Shown: positions 54,666-64,000 of the stretch, in pieces
How the letters are laid out: each line of letters opens with the position of its first letter
Numbering within the stretch: position 1 is the first letter of the stretch
Assembly (NCBI GenBank): GCA_951406725.2
Contig: OX597814.1
Span: 67,828,001 to 67,892,000, forward strand
Source: Octopus vulgaris
Lineage: Eukaryota
Reading direction: 5' to 3'
Length of the DNA: 64,000 bases
Program-made: the position numbers and the translations under genes
Notes under the pieces: generated by a model
Seen by the model: only the letters and a program-made list of their open reading frames with translations
Told to the model about the DNA's origin: nothing
Databases searched by the model: none

Positions 54666-55415
54666 ATATTTATACGACAGGCTTCTTTCAGTTTCCGCCT
54701 ACCAAATCCACTTACAAGGCTTTGGTAGAACCAGGAACCATGTAGTTGGGAAGCAAATTTCTTACTACACAGAAATCCCTGGCCTACAAGTCAGTTTTCA
54801 TATCTTCTTGTTATTGTGCAGTGTGCTTACAAAAGCACCTTCTCGTTTCCTCTCCATCTGGATGTAAAATAAATTGCAGAGTTAATCGATGTAAGAAATG
54901 AGATCATCGAGGGATTGGTAAATGTTTCGCTAACTTTGTCTGTTGGTCTGATATCAATTCAGGTGCTTTATTGTAATCTGTGAAGGACTGTTTTTTTTTT
55001 ATGTGGTTCGACTTAGCTATAAATGAAAGATTTCAGATATTTCCTGTATTTCATGTTGCGATATACAAAATACCCCAGCTTAAAGCTATAGAAGTTGGAT
55101 CCTTGAATTAACATCTTGATTTTAACATTTCACATGACTTGTATATCAAAAGCAGCATGCTATTAGAAATGACAGCTGGTTAATTCCAGTACAACAGGCA
55201 CACGTCTAAGTAAATCAATAGCTTAGAATAATTTCAATATGCTCACATAGACTTTTTTCATGGCTAGTTAGAAGACAGGACGTCGATGAGTGCTGAGAGG
55301 TGAAACGAAGAAGTTATCGCCAGACAGGATACCCGTATCGAATACTTGCAGGGAAACGAACATCTCTGCTATTGATACACGAAAATAAAATGTTATACGA
55401 AATATAACGTGTTGG

Positions 55416-55488
<73 letters not shown>

Positions 55489-55690
55489 GTTGTTAAAATA
55501 ATTTATGTCATTATTTGTATATTGCAATATGATTCAATATTTAGACTACAAACTGACTTCGAAAAACTTACAATTATTCAGAATAATGATTCATCAATTT
55601 AGAAACGAAGTTTTCTTGAAGGATCTGCTAACCTATAATATTTGATTCTTAATTACAAAAATATAAGAATATACATACATACATACATAC

Positions 55691-56363
55691 ATGATGATGG
55701 CTGCCCCCTCGTTATCGAGTATGGCCATTGCACGAAGCTCAACTGTTATTGGTGCTGTGATCGAATGTGACTTTTATTTGCTTTTTAAGGCTACAGCCAG
55801 CCATTCAGTTGAGACTCACAGCACTATCAACAATCATGAACAATGCTATCGTGCAATGCCTGTGCAAGAAGATTTTTTTTAAAGTGAGGAAAGGCTGTGC
55901 ACTGAGTCAATCCCACTCACTAAGCAACAGCAGCCATAATCCGAAAAGAAGAACAAGTCAACCTCATCGGTAACCACTGAGCCGCAGGTTTTATGTCGGA
56001 GTTATCCCAGTTACCTGAGTTACCTTCTCCTAGAAAGATGCCCTAACAAAAGCTAGGAGTTCTTCACTCCCAATGGTTTAACCGCGCGATCGAGTATTAA
56101 ATCCGATTATTTTTATGTCCACGCGCATGATACAGCCTTAAGCCATAAGAAAAAAAAAATCACACTTTTATTGGATGGCCGTTGACTCTCAAGAGTTCTT
56201 CCTCCCTTTGATGGGTTTTGTTTTTCATCCCGCAGTGTGTCCAATAAATACTCTCCTCACCAAGTAAGCTTGATGGTGTTGCCGGTTTAGTCGCCGACGG
56301 CCCGACCATGCAACAGGTTGTACTGGGTTACATGTTACCAGTAGCACTGGAAAGTGACCTGAC
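55691..56363 (-). mobile_element. Short non-coding RTE-like non-autonomous retroposon
   Basis: Flanked by (CATA)n on both sides; 5' HDV-like fold; 3' stem-loop ctcg-ataa-cgag, ggggcagcc, then (CAT)3 tail. Confidence 0.55.
56282..56359 (-). ncRNA. Candidate HDV-like ribozyme (degenerate copy)
   Basis: P1 GGTCAC/ATGGTC, J1/2 hairpin ccagt-gct-actgg, P2 CCAGT/ACCGG, P3 (a)CA-ACCTGT-TG(c), GG, P4 GCC-GTC-GGC, J4/2 GACTAA; several mismatches. Confidence 0.5.
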
Positions 56364-56412
56364 ATACATACATACATACATACATACATACATACATACA
56401 TACATACATACG

Positions 56413-56555
56413 AGGTAAATAGCTTGCTTACCAACCACATGGTTCTGGGTTGAGTCCCACTGCGTGGCACCTTGGGTAAGTGTCTTCTACTATAGCCTCG
56501 GGCCGACCAAAACCTTGAGTGGATTTGGTAGCCAGAAACTGAAAGAAGCCCGTCG
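56413..56555 (+). mobile_element. CORE-like SINE 5' part
   Basis: Homologous to 48730 and 63410. Confidence 0.8.
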
Positions 56556-56898
56556 TATATATATATATATAGTCAAAGAGAGTTAGCGGTTGTGAATCCA
56601 ACCAACTAAGGGACAGTATCTATCCAAATATACTGCTGGTAATATACCCAATTATTAATGCACAAGTGCTGGTTATTGCGTGGCAAATTACACTATTGAG
56701 CGTGATAAATGTGCGAGCCTTAATTTATACGGCAAGAAGAAAATGGAAGGGGATCCAGAGATAGTATGCTTCAACTTTTAGGCATAATATTATGTCTATT
56801 TATTTTAAGCAATTATGAGAATATATATACATATGCAAAGATTGTGATTTCCATACATAAATAAATATCAGTAATTTCTATAATAGAAAAAGAATAGT

Positions 56899-57024
56899 TT
56901 CTTTCAGCTGTTTCTGCCAAGAGGTCACAGTACCCCACATGGTATTTCCATCTTTTCAGTGTACTGTAGTGATCAGTAGATAAAATCAGAGTACTTAGGT
57001 GTGTCTCTAGGCTTCATCAGAGAG
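56899..57024 (-). ncRNA. Degenerate hammerhead with about 100-nt stem II
   Basis: Minus strand ctct-CTGATGA-agcctagag...ctcttggca-GAAAC-AGCT-GAA-aga; the expected GTA triplet reads GAA. Confidence 0.45.
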
Positions 57025-57277
57025 TTTAAAAGAGGGTCTAAAAAGTTCAGTGGGTTAATATATGTATATATAAATATACATATACACACTCACACACACA
57101 CACACACATGCATATACGCATGTACACACATCCAAAAGAATCAGTTATTAGTAGGTATAGTACAAAATTCCTATTAAAGAGTGTATAAGAAGAGAAATAA
57201 TAAGAGTAAACTCGAAGTAAGTAATAGAGTTTGAGGGGAGTACAGCTTTATAGAAATGAAAAGTTATATGAAAGGAG

Positions 57278-57340
<63 letters not shown>

Positions 57341-57352
57341 CACATATACATG

Positions 57353-57427
<75 letters not shown>

Positions 57428-57449
57428 ATGTTACATTACTCGGTAGTCA

Positions 57450-57512
57450 AGATAAAACTCTGAGTTTCAGATGCCGAAGTGGAAATCCACAACACCATCT
57501 CTTCGGTTATCT
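57450..57512 (-). ncRNA. Hammerhead-like motif with variant core (CCGAAGA)
   Basis: agataa-CCGAAGA-gatg...catc-t-GAAAC-tc-a-ga-GTT-ttatct; 6-bp stem I. Confidence 0.55.
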
Positions 57513-57706
57513 GGCTATTTGAAAACGTTATGAAAAAATACCGTTAAAAATGAAGGGAAATTACTCTGTTATAACTCTGCTTTGCCTGCGTACTTATACA
57601 TCGCTCGCATTTTTCGTCATAAAAATTATATAAAAATACATAAAAATATATAAAAATATATAAAAATATATAAAATCTTCTTGGGACATAACACCGAAAG
57701 CATATT

Positions 57707-58897
57707 CTATCCGTTTTCTTTAGGGGACCAAAAACGTAACAGAAATTTAGTCACATGTGGGCATGATCCGAAAAGCTCTGTCCTTGTATTTAGACATGTG
57801 GTAGGGTCTAAGCTGCTTTTCCAGATAAGCCATCTCTCCATGTCGCATAAACCGCACCTTCCGCTGCCGTTAGTATAGGGCTTACATCTGGCCAAAATCT
57901 TCCATTGTATGTTATAATCCAAACCTTTATCTCTTAAAGACCAAATATGATTGGATAATTGTGTCGCTTTTCTTTTGTTCCAGTGCCTAAAGCTCAAAGT
58001 GTGGTTATTGAACCTGGCCTTGAAATTACCCTCTGTCAGGCCCACGTATTTCTTCGTCGAAACGGTGTCTTTAGTGGTTATAGAGTTTACGGTAGCTTCA
58101 TATATGATGGTCTTGGACATGCAAGCTCCATTTAGCGGGCACAATTCTTTATTCCTGCATGAACAGCTGTTTTCTTCTTGTATTTTTTGTATGTTATGAT
58201 TGATTATGTTTTTAAAATTGGTAGTTGAACTAAAACTAATTTTTAAATTGTGTCTATTGAAGAGTTTCCTATAAGCATGGTTAACTGGAAAATGTCTATC
58301 TATCAGTGCTAGGAAATATTTACCTATATTGAAGGCCACCTCGGGTGAGTAAGGGGGCGTAAACCAGATGACCTTCCTATTTCTATTATTCCTTTTCCTT
58401 ATTGTTGGGCTGGTGATAGGTGTATATTTTATTTTTTCGCTAAAACCACTATCTTTTAAAGCTTTATTATAAACTGGGGCAACGCTATTGAAGATGTCCT
58501 CATTAAATGAGAGGCTAGAAATCCTCTTACTAATATTTTTAACTAAATTTTTGAATACTATAGGGGGATGGCATGAACCTACATTAATATAACTTAGTCT
58601 ATCATTGGGCTTCCTATAAGGCTTATAAATATTATTATTAAGATCTAAGGAAACGTCTAAGAAATTGACAACCGTCAGGTTAGTGTCTATAGTTATACTA
58701 AGTCCGAAGTGTTTCATTAACTGGATAATATCCTTCCTAAAACGATCTTGTGCTGGTCTATTTGTATTAGCTGTTAAGGCGAGGGCATCATCTTTGTAGA
58801 TGGCGAAATGTACGTTAGGGAATGTCTTACCGAAGGTATCTAGGAGAAAGAGTCCAATTAGATCACAGATGCCTGCCCCATCATATGAACCCATGCT
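57707..58897 (-). CDS. Penelope RT (C-terminal part) plus GIY-YIG endonuclease, 5'-truncated open frame
   Basis: MGSYDGA, YKDD, VNFLDV, YRKP, CPLNGAC..IIYEA..YVGLTEGNFKARFNNH..SF, CGLCDMER, CPH. Confidence 0.92.
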   Translation of the reverse strand, partial: SMGSYDGAGICDLIGLFLLDTFGKTFPNVHFAIYKDDALALTANTNRPAQDRFRKDIIQLMKHFGLSITIDTNLTVVNFLDVSLDLNNNIYKPYRKPNDRLSYINVGSCHPPIVFKNLVKNISKRISSLSFNEDIFNSVAPVYNKALKDSGFSEKIKYTPITSPTIRKRNNRNRKVIWFTPPYSPEVAFNIGKYFLALIDRHFPVNHAYRKLFNRHNLKISFSSTTNFKNIINHNIQKIQEENSCSCRNKELCPLNGACMSKTIIYEATVNSITTKDTVSTKKYVGLTEGNFKARFNNHTLSFRHWNKRKATQLSNHIWSLRDKGLDYNIQWKILARCKPYTNGSGRCGLCDMERWLIWKSSLDPTTCLNTRTELFGSCPHVTKFLLRFWSPKENG

Positions 58898-59338
58898 CAA
58901 TCATATTTGGTCTTTAAGAGATAAAGGTTTGGATTATAACATACAATGGAAGATTTTGGCCAGATGTAAGCCCTATACTAACGGCAGCGGAAGGTGCGGT
59001 TTATGCGACATGGAGAGATGGCTTATCTGGAAAAGCAGCTTAGACCCTACCACATGTCTAAATACAAGGACAGAGCTTTTCGGATCATGCCCACATGTGA
59101 CTAAATTTCTGTTACGTTTTTGGTCCCCTAAAGAAAACGGATAGAACATGCTTTCTGTGTTATGTCCCAAGAAGATTTTATATATTTTTATATATTTTTA
59201 TATATTTTTATGTATTTTTATATACTTTTTATGACGAAAAATGCGAGCGATGTATAAGTACGCAGGCAAAGCAGAGTTATAACAGAGTAATTTCCCTTCA
59301 TTTTTAACGGTATTTTTTCATAACGTTTTCAAATAGCC

Positions 59339-59401
59339 AGATAACCGAAGAGATGGTGTTGTGGATTTCCACTTCGGCATCTGAAACTCAGAGTTTTATC
59401 T
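59339..59401 (+). ncRNA. Inverted copy of the variant hammerhead-like motif
   Basis: Reverse complement of 57450-57512. Confidence 0.55.
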
Positions 59402-59497
59402 TGACTACCGAGTAATGTAACATATTGTATAGATAAATTTCCTCTATTTACATAATATTGAGGTCTCTTTCTTTCTTTTGTTATCTTACCGTTTTAT

Positions 59498-59536
<39 letters not shown>

Positions 59537-59583
59537 ATTGTATCGCATTTGACTTTGTTTATATATATATATATATATATATA

Positions 59584-60000
59584 TACTAATAAAAAGGGTT
59601 CAGCAAAGAATTGCTTCATCGAAGCTCAGAAATAGCAGCCAAAAATCTTAGCTATTTCTTCTACTTTAAAAAGGGTCTTCAGGAGAAACCAAAATACTTG
59701 AAGGTTATTCACACAGGCAGAGAGTAAAGCAACGAAAATCAATCAATATCTAGTCGTCCATGAACGCGCGTTTCTGAAGTATTTTGGTTTCTCTGGAAGA
59801 CTCTTTTTAAAGTAGAAGAAATAGCTAAGATTTTTGGCTGCTATTTTTGAGCTTCGGTGTGTGGTGAAGCAATTCTTTGCTGAACCCTTTTTATTAGTAT
59901 TACTTAAGTTTACCGTGAAACGGTCCTGTTTTCATACCGAATTCTACTTGGTGAAATTATTGATTACTTTTTAATTAATTAATTTTACCCTTTGTTATTA
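59584..60000. mobile_element. Miniature foldback PLE unit (family of 3349-3872)
   Basis: Arms about 59584-59699 and 59777-59900; the loop holds only the 3' half of a hammerhead (GAAACGCGCGTT on the minus strand); about 100-nt right-arm extension. Confidence 0.7.
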
Positions 60001-60097
60001 TACAGAAACGTACAAAAAGGAAAGGTCCATTGAAGGGAAGACAGAGAAAGAAAATCGCCAACGATACACACGCGGTCACATACTGAATGGGTTAGGG

Positions 60098-60170
<73 letters not shown>

Positions 60171-60503
60171 TACATACATATACATATATAGACACACACA
60201 TATTTCATGCGTTAGGAAGGGTCGATTCCTGCAGTGGCTCGTATTTTCCTTGCATATAAAACCATATACGTATAAACATACGATATGTTTACAGTTGAGG
60301 GCTTGAGAGTATAGTCTACATTACGGGGGTGAAAGTTTCTATTAATAGTTGTGATAGCAGTTGGTATTAAAGATAGTAAAGTTCCAGGTAGTAGCCAAGA
60401 TACGGCATTTGTTTCCGTTATTTTTCTGTCAACAAGTTGCTGAATCCCTATGTGTAGTGGGGAGGGGGTTATACATATGTGTGCACGCGCGCGCAAGCAC
60501 ACA

Positions 60504-60548
<45 letters not shown>

Positions 60549-60689
60549 TTAGTTTCAAGCAAGTTCAGGCAAGCTCACCGCTGTCATCCAGGCGAAGCGT
60601 GCTGCACTACTCGAACATCAGGAAACCGAACAAATATAAAGAGAAGCAAGAAGCAAAACCCACAAAACATCCAGATGCTGTGCAAATGA

Positions 60690-62430
60690 CTATTGATTAT
60701 AGTTTTGCAAGAGTGTTTGACACATCATTTGATACACGTGACATGCATGAATGGATTACGAATACCACCATACCAACTATGACCGAAACAACACCACTGA
60801 AAATCGTAAAAGGCGAAACCCTCTAAGATAGAAGTAAGCAGATGGAAAGATCGGTAGGGTATTGCTCCAAACTCTATTCCACAGAAAACAAAATCTCGTT
60901 TAATGTTCTGAACATCGTAGAATGTCTTCCAACGATGGGGGAACTAGATGTATGGTCATTTTCCCATTATCAAAGCATTGGAATTAGATAACACTTCATC
61001 AAAAGCCATCAAGTGTGCAAAGAGAATCCTGTTGCGCTACCTATACAAATTGCTGTGCTAATGCTGGAAAAGAACGTTGATACGGGGTATGGGAGACTAA
61101 AATATAGTTACTCTGCAAGAACAGTTTCAATGCGGCTTCAGATCAGAATGTACCATAACTGACATGATCTTTTCCCTTTGACTACAAATAAAATTCAGAA
61201 AGCAAAGACTACTAGCCTTGACCTCAGGAAGGCCTTTGAACTTGTAAACAGAAACGACATATTCAAAATCATTGTCAGTATTGGATGCTATCCGCGGTTA
61301 CTCATAATTTATCAGTCATTTTGTATAAACATGCAAGGTATTCCTTCTTCAGAATCATTCAGCATTCGCAGTGGGGTGAAACAAAGTGATATGCTTTCCC
61401 CTGCTTTGTTTGATGTCTTCTTTGCTGTCACGTACGCAATTGGATTATTAACGGAGGGTGTTTACATGCGCGTAAAAATCAAATAGGAAAGTGGTTAGAC
61501 TGAACTAACTGAAGGCAAAAACTAAAATACGTGAACTCATCAGAAACATAATTTTTGCAGACGATGCGGTACTAGCAACACATTCGGGGGCTCAACTGCA
61601 ACGCCGCGTAGTCTCACAACAGCCCGTCACGGCTTCGACTTGATCATGCCTGAAGAAGACATAAATGCTGGGTGAAGATGTTGAGCACTTGCCTATTATT
61701 ACCATCAACAACTTCGAGCTTAAGGTAGTTCACGTGCTTATATACCTCGGCTTCACCACCAAGAACAACCTTTCTGTACAGTCTGGGATCAACAGACTGG
61801 AAGAGTAACATCAACATTAGCTCGACTTACAACGATAGTCTGGGAAAGCAACAAACTACCAGCACACGTCAAGCTTGCAGTCTACAGGGCTCACGTCCGT
61901 AACACACTGCTTTATGGCAGTGGAACTTGGAGTTTCTATTTCAGACAAGCGCGACGTCTCAGTGCCAGCTATCTACGAAGCTTGAGACGGATTATAAATA
62001 TTAAGTGAACTAAGTCAACGAAAATGAGGTTAAGTATTTGTGCCCGAGCGCAGATTCGCAGTCTACTCATCCTACTGCAACAGCAACACCTCCGCTCACT
62101 GGAAAATGTACGCTGAATGTCAAATGGGAGCATCCTGAAACACTTGGTGTGTGGTGAACCGAGAAACATTAAGTCTCGTTACGACAACATCCAAAAATGA
62201 AAGAACATTGTTGATGATTGCTCCAGTTGGTTGCTAGAACTAGAAGAGGGTCTAAAAAGATGAGAGAGGTGGGTGCGGCTTGCCTATGAAGAAAAGCAAA
62301 CGCGTTGAAAAAACACCACCTTCGAATGCTGTCAGCACAGCCAGAGCTGTAACTCACATGTAAGCCTCTATAGTCACAACAAAAGTTTCTCTACCAACTA
62401 TTCCAGGGTAGATCCATAATCTTGCGAGAC
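60690..62430 (+). mobile_element. Highly degenerate RTE-clade LINE
   Basis: LDLRKAFELVNR, FSIRSGVKQSDMLSPALF (61178-61486), IIFADDA at about 61550, TLLYGSGTW at about 61905. Confidence 0.8.
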
Positions 62431-63409
62431 ATATACGTTTATGTGCGTGTGTGCATGTGTATGTGTGTGTTTGTATGTGTGAGTGTGTGTGTGCGTGCGC
62501 GTGCGCGCGTGCGTATGTGAAAAAGAAACGAAAATGAGCTAAGAAAGTGATCATGCTGGAAGTGCAGAAAGGTTTTTAAAATTTTATCCTGTATGGCATT
62601 TGATATAATCTTATTTTAGTGTTAATCATCATAAATGTCATCTATCATTTTTTTTTGTATGTCTAAGCATCTCATTCTGCTGGAGACAAGGTAGACCAAC
62701 TGTTTTTCTGATGACTCCCTTTTAAAGCAGAAAGTGTCCACATGTCTCCTGCAAATGTCTTTTCTTACTTGCAAATCCATTTTGGAGAATTTTTGAATTT
62801 TTTATCTTTTTTTTTTCATTATCCTCCTTTTTCATATATATATAAAAAGGACGAACAACGGTATATTAAACACATGATAGAATTCTTAACTTATTTGAAA
62901 TCATCTCTGCTGCGTGAGAGATTTGAACAATCGCTTGGTTGCAATTAGCTCCATCCCGATATGAGATGGTCCTAATTGCAACCAGGTTAGAAGGTTTCAA
63001 ACTATCAACACTTATACTGAGTTATAACAACACCATCAGTTGACTGCATATGAGTAAATACCACGCGCGAGCATTTAAGTAAGAAAGAAAAAAATGCATA
63101 AACACTAAAAACATCATAAAAGAAAAACATAGTTCTAAAATCTCTAATTTCTAACCTCAGTTGTGCAACACAACAGTGGAATAGGGATTCTAAGATTCCT
63201 TGGTTTCCGCGAGGGACGAGCATGAATCAGAGATTAGACTGAGTTGAGTGGAAGTGGGGGTAGCTGTATGTTCTGGGAATATTTCTGATAAGAATGCAGA
63301 ATGAGAACAAGGTTGAAAAAAGTTTCAGTTTGAAATGCGATAGGCAAGAAAAATAGATAGATAAATCGTTGACTATAACAAGCAGGCTTTGAATTCTGTA
63401 TTATATATA

Positions 63410-63716
63410 TGGTAAGTAGCTTGTTTACCAACCACATGGTTCCGGGTTCAGTCCCACTGCGTCGCACCTTGGGCAAGTGTCTTCTACTAAAGCCTCGGGC
63501 CGACCAAAGCTTTGTAAATGGATTTGGTAGACGGAAACTGAAAGAAGCCCGTCGTATATATGTATATATATGTATATGTGTGTGTGCGTGTATGTTTGTG
63601 TTTGTCCCCCTAGCATTGCTTGACAACCGATGCTGGTGTGTTTATGTCCCCGTCACTTAGCGGTTCGGCAAAAGTGACCGATAGAATAAGTACTGGGCTT
63701 ACAAAGAATAAGTCCT
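63410..63716 (+). mobile_element. CORE-like SINE
   Basis: Homologous to 48720-49148. Confidence 0.82.
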
Positions 63717-63863
63717 ATTGCTCCTATTTGTCGGTTTTCTTTCGATTTAATGGACTTTCAGCATTAACAGCGTTACAATCGAGTGAGTTGCCTCACGAGC
63801 GTGCATGTGTGTACACATGTATATATAAATTTATGCATCCATGTGTGTGTAGATATAGATAGA

Positions 63864-63943
<80 letters not shown>

Positions 63944-64000
63944 GATAGATAGCAATGTATAAAATTTTGCAGATGACATTTGGAAAATTCGTCCCAAATT

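Larger units (their letters stand above)
57421..59500 (-). mobile_element. Penelope-like element with inverted pseudo-LTR
   Basis: 57421-57953 is the near-perfect reverse complement of 58898-59430; (TA)n on both sides; right arm extends about 70 nt further. Confidence 0.93.

Noticed and set aside
58800-59144. Plus-strand 114-aa ORF as a separate gene
   Set aside because: It is the inverted duplicate of the Penelope ORF C-terminus
62714-62752. CTGATGA...GAAAG hammerhead-like string
   Set aside because: No convincing stems I-III

Overview
AT-rich, microsatellite-dense animal DNA made almost entirely of transposable elements. The SINE families and repeat style suggest an octopus-like cephalopod (inference). 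No host gene exon could be supported. Retroelements: nine R4/Dong-type RLE non-LTR copies (all minus strand) and four Tx1-type APE non-LTR copies (all plus strand), almost all in or against (TTA)n arrays that share one orientation; CR1, RTE and Gypsy remnants; tRNA-derived SINEs; Penelope-like elements (PLEs) in (TA)n tracts, with inverted pseudo-LTRs and several hammerhead ribozyme (HHR) motifs; a short non-coding RTE-like element headed by a candidate HDV-like ribozyme; and a young non-autonomous LTR element (tRNA-Trp PBS, 4-bp TSD) nested in a Tc1/mariner transposon. Other DNA elements: two FLYWCH/MULE transposons with tandem-repeat TIRs, a hAT-type non-autonomous element and Helitron/Helentron-like ends. 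The most notable signals are the strand-polarised sharing of one trinucleotide microsatellite by unrelated retroelements, and the local variety of self-cleaving ribozyme motifs. All coordinates and folds were read by eye and may be off by a few bases.
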